A stretch of DNA of 64,000 nucleotides, taken from assembly GCA_051003195.1 (NCBI GenBank), contig JBPCLP010000030.1, positions 1 through 64,000 of the forward strand, written 5' to 3'. Under the pieces are notes generated by a model, which had not been told where the DNA came from, ran no database searches, and was given only the letters and a program-made list of their open reading frames with translations. Position numbers and translations under genes: made by a program. Position 1 is the stretch's first letter. Each line of letters begins with the position of its first letter. The DNA comes from Candidatus Sumerlaeaceae bacterium. Lineage in GTDB: Bacteria > Sumerlaeota > Sumerlaeia > Sumerlaeales > Sumerlaeaceae. Of this stretch, positions 1 to 10,443 are shown in pieces.

Positions 1-16
1 CGAATTCTTACGCGAG

Positions 17-450
17 GATTACCGTTTTTCAAGTGGCGAAATTACCCATTTTTCGCCAACTTGATTTATCTGCAAGCCTTTCAAGCTTCTACACCGCAAA
101 CTTGAAAAAAACTTGAAAAACTTGAAAACTTGAAAACCTCCAACCGCCACCGCCCGCGCCCGATTTTCACATCATTCGTGCTGATTCGTGAGATTCGTGG
201 ATAAAAACTACCGCCGCATCGGCTGCGGGCGTAAGACCAAATCCACCCACGCAGACGAGCTCGAGACCGGAGCAAAAAGTTACAGAAAGATTACCGCTAT
301 TCAAGTGGCGAAATTACCAACTTGAACTTGAAAGCAGAAAGGAGACATTTTGATGACCCCGAGACCGCAACTTGCCGTGCCTTACTGCCGTCCTTGCCGC
401 CGACGATTCCGAGTCCGGCTTGTACTCCGCAATCCGCAATCCGCACTCGC
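17..450. repeat. Repeat-rich intergenic region: two copies of GATTACCG..TTCAAGTGGCGAAATTACC (17-46, 289-332), CTTGAAAA tandem units (~99-140), ATTCGTG units (~174-200) and TCCGCAA heptamers (~426-445)
   Basis: Repeats read directly from the sequence; no credible ORF covers this region. Confidence 0.7.
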
Positions 451-465
451 CTCGCCACACTGGAA

Positions 466-1161
466 TTAACGAATTGCACCGTTCATCGTACGCGCTTCGA
501 AGTGGTGGAGTTCGGCCTCGGTGGTGATCCGCTCATATTTCCCGGTTTCGGGATTAAACGCCTGAACTTCCGCCGTTTCTAATTCGAAGAACCATGTATG
601 CAGGTGTAGCTCCCCGGCGTGCAGCTTATCCGCAACGCCCGGTATCGTTTTAATATTGTCGGTTTGGCGCAGGGCATGAATCTGTGCAATTTGAGTAGCT
701 TCGGGCAGTGATTTATCCGGGGCTTTGCCATTGCGAAAATCCTCGATCGAAGGCTGGATGTGGCGCGCAAAGGATCGCAGGCTGGCGGCGTTCTGCGGAT
801 AGGCGTCGGTATGGGCCGCGTTGACCGCACCACAGTCCGAATGCCCGCAAACGATGACGTGGCGAATGTTTTTCGCAAAAAGCGCATACTCGATCCCCGC
901 AAATTCAGGGCGGTCGGCCGAGGCACTTGCGCCGGCATCGTATCTGGGTACGGTGTTTCCAACATTTCGTATGGTAAAAAGCTCACCCGGCAAAGTCGAG
1001 GTCATCATATTCGGGAGCGTTCGGGCATCGATACAGCAGACAAACAATGCCAGGGGTGGTTCGCCTGCTGCAGCTACCTGTTTGAGGTGCGAGGCGTAGT
1101 CTTCGGCATGGGCACGGTGAAAGGCTTCAACGCCCGTCAGCAATTTGGTCAAATGGTCCAT
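466..1161 (-). CDS. Beta-class carbonic anhydrase
   Basis: Zn-binding motifs CCIDAR and VCGHSDCGA; also RNVGN and IEYA motifs. Confidence 0.93.
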   Translation of the reverse strand: MDHLTKLLTGVEAFHRAHAEDYASHLKQVAAAGEPPLALFVCCIDARTLPNMMTSTLPGELFTIRNVGNTVPRYDAGASASADRPEFAGIEYALFAKNIRHVIVCGHSDCGAVNAAHTDAYPQNAASLRSFARHIQPSIEDFRNGKAPDKSLPEATQIAQIHALRQTDNIKTIPGVADKLHAGELHLHTWFFELETAEVQAFNPETGKYERITTEAELHHFEARTMNGAIR

Positions 1162-1269
1162 CGTAACTTTCGTTTTATCAGTAGAATGCGACGCAGAAAC
1201 TTTGTTCTAAAACATCGAATTTTCACAGTAAGTTACGCTATATATGCATACGTTCAACAGAGAACACCA

Positions 1270-1641
1270 GGGGGCGTAACGGCTTCGACGGGGTTCGTTG
1301 TGGAAGGGGTTGCAAGCCGAGGTGCACGTTACCTCGTTAAACTATGTGCACTGCAAAAGTAACTGCAGACAACAACTACGCACTCGCTGCCTAAACCTAA
1401 CGGTTTAGGGTAGCGCGTCCGCCGGGGCCTCGCCTGTGGGTCCCGATCCGGGCGTCGATCCAACGGGCTCGCGCTCCACCTGGCCCGGGTGGAAGCGTTA
1501 AATCCCGGGCTGGCCGACATGCGGCGCCTGTCGATTGGCGCCGTATTCCAGGCGAGACAATTATAAATTAATCGGACAAGCTTGTAGACGCCTCTTTGGC
1601 AAGTTCTTCGGACGTGGGTTCGACTCCCACCGCCTCCACCA
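1270..1641 (+). ncRNA. ssrA: tmRNA, tag peptide (A)ADNNYALAA
   Basis: 5' GGGGGCG pairs with 3' CGCCTCC-ACCA including the G3.U alanine identity pair; T-arm GTGGGTTCGACTCCCAC; tag ORF GCA GAC AAC AAC TAC GCA CTC GCT GCC TAA at 1365-1394. Confidence 0.97.
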
Positions 1642-1657
1642 TGGGCTATTGCTTCGA

Positions 1658-3238
1658 CTAGTTAACCAGCGACAGGCCATCCATCTCGCCCGGTTTTTCG
1701 AGGTTCAGCAGATGCAGGATTGTCGGGGCGATATCGCACAAGCGCCCGCCTTGCCTGAGTTGCGTGCCGCGCAGGTCCTCATCCATGATGATCAACGGTA
1801 CCGGGTTTGTCGTGTGCTGGGTCTGCGGTGAATTGGCTTCAAAATCCCACAACTGCTCCGCGTTGCCATGGTCGGCGGTGATGATCGCCGTACCGCCACT
1901 TGCGCGCACCTGCGCCAGCACCTTCGTCAGCGCTGCGTCCACATGCTCGCAGGCTCGAATGGTCGCCGCGATGTTTCCCGTGTGTCCCACCATGTCCGCA
2001 TTTGCGTAGTTGTTCACGATCAGGTCGAAATTTGGATCCTGGATCTGCCGAACAACCGCGTCTGCAATTTCGGGTGCGGACATCTCGGGCTTCATGTCAT
2101 AAGTTGCGACTTCGCGCGGGGAGGGGATCAGCAACCGTTGTTCACCAGGAAACGGTGTTTCGGTTCCTCCACTGAAAAAGAATGAAACGTGTGGATACTT
2201 TTCGGTTTCCGCGATTCGAAGCTGTGTTTTGCCGAGTTTTCCGAACAGCTCGCCGATACTGTTGCGCACTGACTGCTGGGGGAATGCGATGTCCGCGCGC
2301 AGGCCGTCCTTGTATTTGGTCATTGTGACAAGGTGTACATCAATGGGTCTTCGTTCAAAATCGCGGAACTCCGGATCGGTAAGCGCATGGCTGATCTGGC
2401 GGACCCGGTCCGCACGATAGTTAAAATTAATTACCCAGTCGTGATCGCGAATGGTTGCGACGGGCTGGCCGTCGCGAACAATGACACAGGGTTTGATGAA
2501 TTCGTCCGTCTGGCCGGTAGCATACGCCTGCTCAACCGCCGCCACGGGGTCAGAGACTTCAAGGCCCGCGCCTAGCACCATCGCGTCATAGGCCAGTTGC
2601 GTACGATCCCAGCGGGTGTCGCGGTCCATGGCGTAATAGCGCCCGCAAACTGTCGCAATGACGCCGGTACCATTTTCCTTCATCCACTCGTGGATACGAC
2701 GGATATGCTTCACGCCCTCATGCGGAGGGGTATCACGCCCGTCCGTAAAACAGTGCATGACAACCTGGTCGCCGGTAAGGCCGGCCTGCCTGGCAAGGCG
2801 AAGAATCGCGAAGTAGTGACGGTCCACGGAATGTACCGAACCATCGGAGCAAAGCCCCATCAGGTGAAGCCTTGAACCGGGCGTGTTCTTCGTATGTTGT
2901 ACGGCGTCCATGATCGCCGTAATACTGCGGAAGTCGTCTTCCCGGGCTTGTTTATCAATGCGAACCAGTTCCTGCCAGATGATCCGCCCGGCGCCCATGT
3001 TCATGTGCCCGACCTCGCTGTTACCCATCACGCCGTCGGGCAGGCCGACATCCTCGCCGCTTGTGCGTATCAGGGTGTGCGGGTATTTCTCCAGGAGCGC
3101 CCGATAGGTCGGAATCTTCGCCTGTGCGATGGCGTTGTATTCGTGTGGATAACCGTCCGGGGCCTGGCCCCAGCCATCCAGAACGATTAATATTGTAGGT
3201 TTGCGCGCCAAGACACAGTCCCTTTTCGTTTTGGACAT
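1658..3238 (-). CDS. gpmI: 2,3-bisphosphoglycerate-independent phosphoglycerate mutase
   Basis: LDGWG, MGNSEVGH, GRYYAMDRD, DMVGHTG and TADHGNAE motifs; start may lie slightly downstream. Confidence 0.97.
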   Translation of the reverse strand: MSKTKRDCVLARKPTILIVLDGWGQAPDGYPHEYNAIAQAKIPTYRALLEKYPHTLIRTSGEDVGLPDGVMGNSEVGHMNMGAGRIIWQELVRIDKQAREDDFRSITAIMDAVQHTKNTPGSRLHLMGLCSDGSVHSVDRHYFAILRLARQAGLTGDQVVMHCFTDGRDTPPHEGVKHIRRIHEWMKENGTGVIATVCGRYYAMDRDTRWDRTQLAYDAMVLGAGLEVSDPVAAVEQAYATGQTDEFIKPCVIVRDGQPVATIRDHDWVINFNYRADRVRQISHALTDPEFRDFERRPIDVHLVTMTKYKDGLRADIAFPQQSVRNSIGELFGKLGKTQLRIAETEKYPHVSFFFSGGTETPFPGEQRLLIPSPREVATYDMKPEMSAPEIADAVVRQIQDPNFDLIVNNYANADMVGHTGNIAATIRACEHVDAALTKVLAQVRASGGTAIITADHGNAEQLWDFEANSPQTQHTTNPVPLIIMDEDLRGTQLRQGGRLCDIAPTILHLLNLEKPGEMDGLSLVN

Positions 3239-3257
3239 ACTGCTTTAAGCACGCTGA

Positions 3258-3647
<390 letters not shown>

Positions 3648-3702
3648 GTCTAGACGTTGTGCTTGTTCAGGTGCAGCATCTAAATCGCACGCTTCGAGTT
3701 AA

Positions 3703-4230
3703 ATGACACAATCGAGTTTTGACGGCAATAACCCCCATGAAATCCTCGCCATCGTTGACGCCGATGATTGCGAACTCGGCGGAGAAGCGCGTCATGTCGT
3801 CCACTCAACCGGCCTGCTGCATCGTGCAGTTCATGTGTTTGTGTTTGGCCGTGACGGACGCCTGCTGCTTCAGCAACGAAGTGAACTGAAGGACACGTAT
3901 CCGCTCCACTGGGAGTGCGTCGGCGGCCACTTATCGCCGGGCGAGAGCTACGACTCCGCGGCCAGTCGCGAGGTCGAGGAGGAGCTGGGTGTTTCGCCAG
4001 GCGAGTTGATATTCTTGCGAAAGTTGACGGCCTGCTCCGAAACAGGACAGGAATTTGTCCAGGTGTATCGCACGGTGATTGAGGTCGAACCTCACCCGAA
4101 TCCAGATGAAGTCATCGCGGTGCACTGGTTCACACTGTACGAGCTCAGAAACGAGATCGCAACGCAGTCGCGTGCTTTTTCACCGAGCTTATTGCACTCC
4201 CTCGAGCAAACTGGATTGCTTTCGGAGTAA
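3703..4230 (+). CDS. NUDIX hydrolase (IDI/YfcD-like)
   Basis: LHRAVHVFVF, LQQRS and Nudix box GGHLSPGESYDSAASREVEEELG. Confidence 0.88.
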   Translation: MTQSSFDGNNPHEILAIVDADDCELGGEARHVVHSTGLLHRAVHVFVFGRDGRLLLQQRSELKDTYPLHWECVGGHLSPGESYDSAASREVEEELGVSPGELIFLRKLTACSETGQEFVQVYRTVIEVEPHPNPDEVIAVHWFTLYELRNEIATQSRAFSPSLLHSLEQTGLLSE

Positions 4231-4325
4231 GTTTTGTCACGCGATCGACGAGCTGTGGTGACTGTTTCGGCATTCTATTGCACGTTTTGGTTGAAAGCGA
4301 ACACTGGCAGACCATTTTACTCCTG

Positions 4326-4991
4326 ATGCTTACGCTGCTTGCGATGGTGATCGCATACTTTATCGGGTCTATTCCAACCGGGTTATGGATTGGGCGGCAA
4401 GTTCTTGGGCTGGATATACGTGAGCACGGCAGTGGGAATATGGGTGCAACGAATGCGTTCCGCGTTCTCGGCAAAAAGTGGGGCGCGACCGTACTGTTCC
4501 TGGACGTTTTAAAGGGTCTCGGGCCTGTTGTCGTTCTGCCGCTTTTACTGGGAATCAAAAGCGATTCGCTAATTGAACTGCTGATTGGCGGAAGCGCGAT
4601 TGCGGGACACGTCTTTTCCTGTTTTGTGAACTTTCGAGGCGGTAAAGGCGTGGCGACTGCGCTGGGAGTATTCCTGGCGGTTGCGATGTGGCAGATGCTG
4701 ACGGTTCTGGCGATTGGCATCGCGATTATCGTCATCACCGGTTACGTGTCAGCGGCTGCAGTCACAGGCGCGCTGGTACTACCGGTGCTACTCTATTTTT
4801 CCAACAAGTCGGCGCTTGTATTACTGGTAAGCTGCATCGTTTCCGTTATGGTAATCGTGCGGCACAAGAGCAACATCCAGCGGCTGTTCATAGGTCGCGA
4901 AAACCGCCTGCACGATCCAGTCGACGTCGGGCCTGAGGACTATCGTATTCCTCCTGCCACTTCTCCGCGCACGTTCAGCGACGAGAAATAA
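4326..4991 (+). CDS. plsY: Glycerol-3-phosphate acyltransferase PlsY
   Basis: YFIGSIP, DIREHGSGNMGATN, GHVFS, FRGGKGVATALG, RHKSNIQRL; start chosen at ATG 4326 (ORF track begins 4278). Confidence 0.95.
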   Translation: MLTLLAMVIAYFIGSIPTGLWIGRQVLGLDIREHGSGNMGATNAFRVLGKKWGATVLFLDVLKGLGPVVVLPLLLGIKSDSLIELLIGGSAIAGHVFSCFVNFRGGKGVATALGVFLAVAMWQMLTVLAIGIAIIVITGYVSAAAVTGALVLPVLLYFSNKSALVLLVSCIVSVMVIVRHKSNIQRLFIGRENRLHDPVDVGPEDYRIPPATSPRTFSDEK

Positions 4992-6001
4992 TGATACGCA
5001 GGATCGGTGTGCTGGGTGCAGGCGCATGGGGGCTCACCCTCGCGGATTTACTGGCCAAAAAAGGCGAATTGGTTACGGTGTGGGATCGTAATGCGGAGGT
5101 GCTACGGGCGCTTGCCCGCGATCGCACGCGCAATTCGCCGGTAGGGCTGGTAGTCGATGAGTCGATAACTTTCGAACCTGATTTGCAGGCGCTCGCTTCG
5201 GTTGCCGACGTGCTGGTCTGCGCGGTTCCCAGCTATGCCATTCGTGCGCTATGTGAACGTCTGCGCGACGTGTGGAGCAATGGACGCCGGCGCATCTTCG
5301 TAAGCTGTTCGAAAGGGATCGAAGAAAACACGCTGATGCTTCCATCCCAGATCTTTACAGATGTGATGGGGAAGAAGGCCGCACACGATTTCGTAGTGCT
5401 TGCGGGTCCAAGCCATGCCGAGGAGGTCTGCCGCGGCGTTCCGACACTCGTGGTGTGCTGCGCGGCAGAACCGGAAATTGCAAACCTGGTGCGCGACCTC
5501 TTTTTTAGACCGACTTTTCGCGTCTATACACAAGGCGATTGCAAAGGCGTGGAGCTTGGCGGTGCGCTCAAGAACGTGCTGGCGATTGCAGCGGGTGGAT
5601 GTGATGGCCTTGGGTTCGGGGATAACACAAAGGCCGCGCTGGTTACTCGCGGCCTGGCAGAGCTTAGCCGCGCGGCTATTGCACTGGGGGCAGAACGGCA
5701 GACGCTGATGGGACTATCGGGACTTGGTGATCTCGTTGTTACCTGCGGAAGCCAGCACAGTCGTAATCGAAAATTCGGCGAGCTGATCGCCAGAGGCCTC
5801 ACGCCGGAGCAGGCCCTGGATACAATTGGCGCGGCAGTAGAAGGTTACAGAACGGCCAAATCCGCGCATGCGCTGGCCGCGAATATCGGCGTTGAAATGC
5901 CCATTGCGGCAACCGTGTACCGAATTTTATATGAAGGTATCAGCGTGAACGACGCACTGCGAGCGCTTCTCGAAAGGGACCCACGACCGGAGAACTATTA
6001 A
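4991..6001 (+). CDS. gpsA: NAD(P)H-dependent glycerol-3-phosphate dehydrogenase
   Basis: GAGAWG, SKGIE, GPSHAEEV, GGALKNV, GLGDLVVTC, SRNR; start overlaps the plsY stop. Confidence 0.96.
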   Translation: MIRRIGVLGAGAWGLTLADLLAKKGELVTVWDRNAEVLRALARDRTRNSPVGLVVDESITFEPDLQALASVADVLVCAVPSYAIRALCERLRDVWSNGRRRIFVSCSKGIEENTLMLPSQIFTDVMGKKAAHDFVVLAGPSHAEEVCRGVPTLVVCCAAEPEIANLVRDLFFRPTFRVYTQGDCKGVELGGALKNVLAIAAGGCDGLGFGDNTKAALVTRGLAELSRAAIALGAERQTLMGLSGLGDLVVTCGSQHSRNRKFGELIARGLTPEQALDTIGAAVEGYRTAKSAHALAANIGVEMPIAATVYRILYEGISVNDALRALLERDPRPENY

Positions 6002-6034
6002 CCCTCTCTTGCTGCGCGCCAGGAGCGGTGCCGG

Positions 6035-6316
6035 TTAAAGGATGTAATTCTTTCTGCGAGCGATCTCTTCCTTCTTCTGGCTGTAGATTGCCTGCCATTC
6101 CGCGCTGCCTGGCGGCAGCTTACGCTGCATTTTCTCGAGCATCTCGACCACTTCGCGATCTATCTCATCCTCGACACGCAAGTCTTCCATAATTACTTTT
6201 GCGATCTCCGACTCGAGCACGATTCGAGTGCCGCCGAAGGTGATCTGCTTTGTATCGATCAGCTCCCTGGCGATCTGTGTGGCGATGAAATGGATTCTGT
6301 CTTCGGATAGGCGCAT
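6035..6316 (-). CDS. DUF507 family protein
   Basis: 93-aa protein MRLSEDRI...EDEIDREV...KEEIARRKNYIL; paralogous to the upstream ORF. Confidence 0.75.
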   Translation of the reverse strand: MRLSEDRIHFIATQIARELIDTKQITFGGTRIVLESEIAKVIMEDLRVEDEIDREVVEMLEKMQRKLPPGSAEWQAIYSQKKEEIARRKNYIL

Positions 6317-6319
6317 GAA

Positions 6320-6601
6320 TTAGAGCACAATCTTCTTCTGTTTTGCGAGTTGCTGCTTCGTTCGATTGACGAGTGTATTGTAGCTCATGTTCTGCCTGTC
6401 GATTACAATGCGGTGGCGCTTCAGGATTTCTTCTGCTTCCTTCTCCAGTTCGTCTTCGCGACGCAGGTCTGCGAGAATGACACGGCGAATGGTGCCTTCG
6501 ATCTGATCGGCGGTCGCGAGCACTTCCATTTTGTTCAGGCCTTTGACACCCGTGAAGATCTTCTTCGAGATGTTCTCTATTTTTTCCGGTTTAAGTCGCA
6601 T
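6320..6601 (-). CDS. DUF507 family protein
   Basis: 93-aa protein MRLKPEKI...EDELEKEA...KQQLAKQKKIVL; tandem pair typical of this family. Confidence 0.75.
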   Translation of the reverse strand: MRLKPEKIENISKKIFTGVKGLNKMEVLATADQIEGTIRRVILADLRREDELEKEAEEILKRHRIVIDRQNMSYNTLVNRTKQQLAKQKKIVL

Positions 6602-6609
6602 CGTTTTCC

Positions 6610-7356
6610 TTAATGGAATTGCTCGATCAGCTCGTCACTGATGTCAAAATTTGCGCTCACGTTCTGCACGTCGTCCTGGTCTTCCAGGATATTCAGGAGT
6701 TTCAGGACCTGCTCGGCTTCCTTGCCTTCGACCTTCTTGGTCGTGGCAGGCACACTCGTGATTTCGGCGCTTTCCACTTTCAGACCCGCGGCTTCAATGG
6801 CTTCACGAACCTCGCCCATGCTGCCAGGCTTTGTCAGGATAACAAACATATCCTCTTCGTTTCGCACATCCTCCGCGCCGGCCTCGAGAGCGGCTTCCAT
6901 TACCTTGTCTTCGTCCGTGCCCTCTGCGCTCACAGCGATCATGCCCTGCTTGTGGAACATGTAGGAAACGCTTCCGACAGCGCCCAGACTACCATTGGCC
7001 TTGGTAAAAATGTGGCGGATCTCAGCCGCCGTGCGATTGCGATTATCGGTGGTACACTCCACAAGCACAGCCACGCCACCAGGGCCGTAGCCTTCATACG
7101 TGACCTCTTCGTAATTTACGCCTTCCAGTTCGCCGGTGCCCTTCTTAATGGCGCTTTCGATGTTTTTCCAGGGCATGTTTACGTCTTTTGCTGCCGCGAC
7201 GGCCGTCCTGAGCCGCGGGTTTCCGGAAAGATCGCCGCCTCCCATTTTAGCGGCAATGGTGAGCTCCCGGATAATGCGCGTAAAGGTTTTGCCGCGCTTG
7301 GCATCGAGCGCTGCTTTCTTATGTTTGATCGAATTCCACTTGGAATGCCCTGACAT
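6610..7356 (-). CDS. yebC: YebC/PmpR family protein
   Basis: [33 protein letters not shown] motifs. Confidence 0.96.
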   Translation of the reverse strand: MSGHSKWNSIKHKKAALDAKRGKTFTRIIRELTIAAKMGGGDLSGNPRLRTAVAAAKDVNMPWKNIESAIKKGTGELEGVNYEEVTYEGYGPGGVAVLVECTTDNRNRTAAEIRHIFTKANGSLGAVGSVSYMFHKQGMIAVSAEGTDEDKVMEAALEAGAEDVRNEEDMFVILTKPGSMGEVREAIEAAGLKVESAEITSVPATTKKVEGKEAEQVLKLLNILEDQDDVQNVSANFDISDELIEQFH

Positions 7357-7479
7357 GCCAACTCCTGCCTCATGTGTTTTGAACGCGATCCGTCCGTTGC
7401 AGCAGTTAATTTCGTGTTGTCAGGTAGCTCTTCGCAAGCAACATTTTCACACATCCAGGAATCAGGAGGTTCGTTTTCT

Positions 7480-7797
7480 TTGGACGAAGTCGCGCTGGGC
7501 CCGGTGGCAGATGTACCCGAGGGTGAGATGCGCCAGTACCAGGTGGACGGTGAGGCGGTGCTGGTGTGTAATATCGGTGGCAAATACCACGCCATTGAGG
7601 GTACGTGCCCCCACCGTGGAGCAATGCTTGCGCAGGGGCAGTTACACGGCACAGCGGTGGTTTGTCCCTGGCATGAATGGGCCTTTGACGTAACGACCGG
7701 TCGTGGAATCAGCAACCCTGTATCCTGCTTAAAAAAGTATGAGCTTATAGTGCGCAAAGATCAGATTGTTATCCTGTCCGTGGAAACACCCGCATGA
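7480..7797 (+). CDS. Rieske (2Fe-2S) ferredoxin
   Basis: CPHRG and CPWH ligand motifs; TTG start at 7480 preceded by AGGAGG. Confidence 0.88.
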   Translation: MDEVALGPVADVPEGEMRQYQVDGEAVLVCNIGGKYHAIEGTCPHRGAMLAQGQLHGTAVVCPWHEWAFDVTTGRGISNPVSCLKKYELIVRKDQIVILSVETPA

Positions 7798-7848
7798 ACC
7801 TGCTTGCAAACTGGACGACAACTGAGGCGTTAATCCGTCAATCGGGCT

Positions 7849-9129
7849 TTGCCCAGATCCAGGCACATGGTATACGATAACGACCCAGCGGGCCATCCAG
7901 AGACGGACGAAATGATCCGCCTGATTGGCTACGTATCCAGTACGGTGCTGGATTCAGCGCCGTTCGAGCAGCGTATTAATGGAATTTTGAGCTGCGTGGT
8001 GACTGCCTTTCATAGCGATGCATGTATCGTCCGGGAGTTGTCGGGCCGCAAACTGCACCTGCTGGCAGTTAGCGGCGTCGAGGGCAAATTCCTGGCGTCC
8101 AGTATGCCGGCAAACCAGGGTATTGCCGGGACTTTGCTGGAGACACAGCGGGGGCTCATTATCGACGATGTAGCCACGGACCCGATCACCGCCTCACTTC
8201 ACGCTTCCAGTCCCGCGGGGCATTTTCGATTCAGCCACTACGCCGGTGCGCCAATGCTGGTAAGGGCAAAGCCTATCGGAGTGCTGGGTATTTACAGAAT
8301 TGCGGACGCGGCCGGTTTCACGCAGCGAGATCTGTCGCATCTTGAAATTGTGGCGAACCAGCTGGCGGTCTCATTGCAAAATAACCGTCAGTATCTTGAA
8401 CAACTGGGGCAAAGCGCGGTGCTGCAACGTGCGGTACGGCAGCGCGAGCGAACAGAGGTAAAGCTCCAGGCACAACTTCGGCGTGCTGAAGAATTGGCGG
8501 CTTCAAACCAGCTATTAGCCGAAAAGCTGCAGTGCGCATTAGACGAGGTCAGCCAGGCATATGACGCAACACTGGAGGGCTGGTGTGCAGCTCTGGATTT
8601 GCGTGACGAAGGTACAATGGGTCACACTAAGCGCGTGACTGAACTCGCTGTTAACCTTGCGGAGCGAGTTAATTATCCGTTGGAAGCCATGAGCAATCTT
8701 CGACGCGGAGCTCTTCTGCACGATATCGGGAAAATGGGAATCCCGGATTCCATTCTACTTAAACCCGGGCCGCTATCTGAGGAGGAATGGATGATTATGA
8801 AACGCCATCCCGAGCTGGCCTATGACTTTCTGCGCCGGGTCGAGTTCCTGCATTCGGCAAGCGACATCCCGTTCTGCCACCACGAACACTGGGATGGAAG
8901 TGGCTATCCACGTGGTTTGCGAGGAGCTGCAATCCCTGCGGCAGCTCGAATCTTCGCGGTTGTGGACGTTTGGGACGCTTTGAGAAGCGATCGGCCGTAT
9001 CGCCGAGCGTGGCCAAAGGATAAGGTTGCCACGCATATCCTCCAGAACCGCGGAACTCATTTTGATCCAGAAGTTGTGGATGCCTTTCTAACGCTAATTG
9101 AAACCGGAATACCAGTTGGTAGAGCTTGA
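7849..9129 (+). CDS. GAF + coiled coil + HD-GYP cyclic-dinucleotide phosphodiesterase
   Basis: GAF-type APML...GVL...F..DL; LLHDIGK, HHEHWDGSGYPRGL, DVWDAL, RPYR, HFDP; start possibly ATG 7867. Confidence 0.9.
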   Translation: MPRSRHMVYDNDPAGHPETDEMIRLIGYVSSTVLDSAPFEQRINGILSCVVTAFHSDACIVRELSGRKLHLLAVSGVEGKFLASSMPANQGIAGTLLETQRGLIIDDVATDPITASLHASSPAGHFRFSHYAGAPMLVRAKPIGVLGIYRIADAAGFTQRDLSHLEIVANQLAVSLQNNRQYLEQLGQSAVLQRAVRQRERTEVKLQAQLRRAEELAASNQLLAEKLQCALDEVSQAYDATLEGWCAALDLRDEGTMGHTKRVTELAVNLAERVNYPLEAMSNLRRGALLHDIGKMGIPDSILLKPGPLSEEEWMIMKRHPELAYDFLRRVEFLHSASDIPFCHHEHWDGSGYPRGLRGAAIPAAARIFAVVDVWDALRSDRPYRRAWPKDKVATHILQNRGTHFDPEVVDAFLTLIETGIPVGRA

Positions 9130-9197
9130 CGACTTGTTCGGATGAAGGAGAAGCCTGTTTGGCCTTCAGCAATGATTAGCATGAATGGAGAGACGCC

Positions 9198-10070
9198 TTG
9201 AGCACAGCAGCAGGACCGGCGGCAGTAGATCGCAATGTTTCCGGAATACTGGAGTCCATTCGCGATTATCTGCGCATGCGCGAGGAGCAGGCGGTACGAA
9301 TCAATCCGCGGCTTGCAGGCATTATTGAAGATATAGCGTGGGTGCAGGTGCAGAATCTGCATCGTCTGCTGGAAAGGCCAAAAGCATTCGGTGGAGAGAA
9401 GTACCGGGTAGCGGACGTGCTTTCCAGTGCGGATGATCTAAAGCGCAAAGCATTGCTGGGAACGACGGACCAGAACTCGATCGTGTCGGAGATCATCAAT
9501 CGCGGCGACGAGCAGACAAAACGCGTCGCCGATCTTACCATCCACGACATGCGGACCCTGTTCCGGATGATCGACCCGTCCCTGGAGAATATCGTGCAGC
9601 TTATCCAGCACTGGATCTACTGGGACTTGCCCGACGCTTCCGATCTTCACAACTTCGAGGAACAGGCGCGTCGGCTCGATACGTTGCGGACCATGGATCT
9701 TTCGGAAGAGCTCCGCGGCAAATACCGTCCCGCGATTGGCAAATCAGTCGACCAGCCCGTAAGCGAGGGCGAAGTGCTCAATTTCGAACTTAAGCGTCTC
9801 GAGAGCATCTGTATGCGTTTTGTGAACAGGCGCAACGAAGACGAAGCTTTTCAGATGATTATTGGTCGTGACGATGCGGCCGGAGAACCCTACGATTATA
9901 AAAAATCGCAGGCCGACAAACTAAAGCAGCGGCTCGAGGGTGAAAAACAACTAATCGACGTACGCTTGCAGCCTGCAGCCGTAAAGCCATTGGCTACGCC
10001 GAGTTTTCCCGCAGCCGCGGCGCAACCTGCCAGCGGCGGGAACGAGACGCCGTCCATTGAGCTGATATAG
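9198..10070 (+). CDS. Hypothetical protein (helical, low-complexity C-tail)
   Basis: 290-aa ORF filling the gap between genes; GGAGAG upstream of the TTG start; no motif recognised. Confidence 0.75.
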   Translation: MSTAAGPAAVDRNVSGILESIRDYLRMREEQAVRINPRLAGIIEDIAWVQVQNLHRLLERPKAFGGEKYRVADVLSSADDLKRKALLGTTDQNSIVSEIINRGDEQTKRVADLTIHDMRTLFRMIDPSLENIVQLIQHWIYWDLPDASDLHNFEEQARRLDTLRTMDLSEELRGKYRPAIGKSVDQPVSEGEVLNFELKRLESICMRFVNRRNEDEAFQMIIGRDDAAGEPYDYKKSQADKLKQRLEGEKQLIDVRLQPAAVKPLATPSFPAAAAQPASGGNETPSIELI

Positions 10071-10089
10071 CGTTCACTATCCTGACCTC

Positions 10090-10188
10090 TCAGGGCATTG
10101 TTGCCCGCGCGAACTTCACATGACTTGCTTCCTCAAAACCAGCTCGCAACAGCCTGCAGCGAACCTCGCGAAATGGCAGAGGCTTCAC
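10090..10188 (-). pseudogene. hicA: Truncated HicA toxin remnant (32 aa, MKPLPFREVRCRLLRAGFEEASHVKFARATMP)
   Basis: GTG start overlaps the hicB TGA; HicA-like N-terminus and SHVKF, but the xxGSH context is shortened and the C-terminal half is absent. Confidence 0.6.
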
Positions 10189-10391
10189 GCCGCGGGGATA
10201 TCAACTTCGCGTGTCCGTACCTGGGGTAGTACAGTTGCCACTGGCGGCATAAAGTGCAGCTCAATTGCTTCCTGCAGCATTTTAAGTGCCTCGGTTTCGG
10301 TCTCACCCTGGGTGGCAATTTCAATCTCACGGCATTGAGCGACGATCCATTTGCCCTCCCGTGTGAGGGAAGCAGTAAATTGTCTACGCAT
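10185..10391 (-). CDS. hicB: HicB family antitoxin (short form)
   Basis: WIVAQCREIEIATQGETETEALKMLQEAIELH matches the HicB RNase-H-fold pattern; ATG at 10391. Confidence 0.82.
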   Translation of the reverse strand: MRRQFTASLTREGKWIVAQCREIEIATQGETETEALKMLQEAIELHFMPPVATVLPQVRTREVDIPAA

Positions 10392-10443
10392 GGAGATAGT
10401 TTTCAGGTTGCCGATCACTTAATTCAAGCGAAAGTAAATTTGT

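Noticed and set aside
1600..1641. tRNA gene
   Set aside because: The T-arm and CCA end belong to the tmRNA tRNA-like domain
1641..1660. Prophage or island integrated at ssrA
   Set aside because: gpmI follows immediately; no integrase or duplicated ssrA 3' end was seen in the window
6613..7353. Long antisense ORFs (for example opposite yebC, the radical SAM gene, aroK-cmk and 54447-55550)
   Set aside because: Shadow ORFs expected from GC-rich codon bias opposite clearly recognised genes
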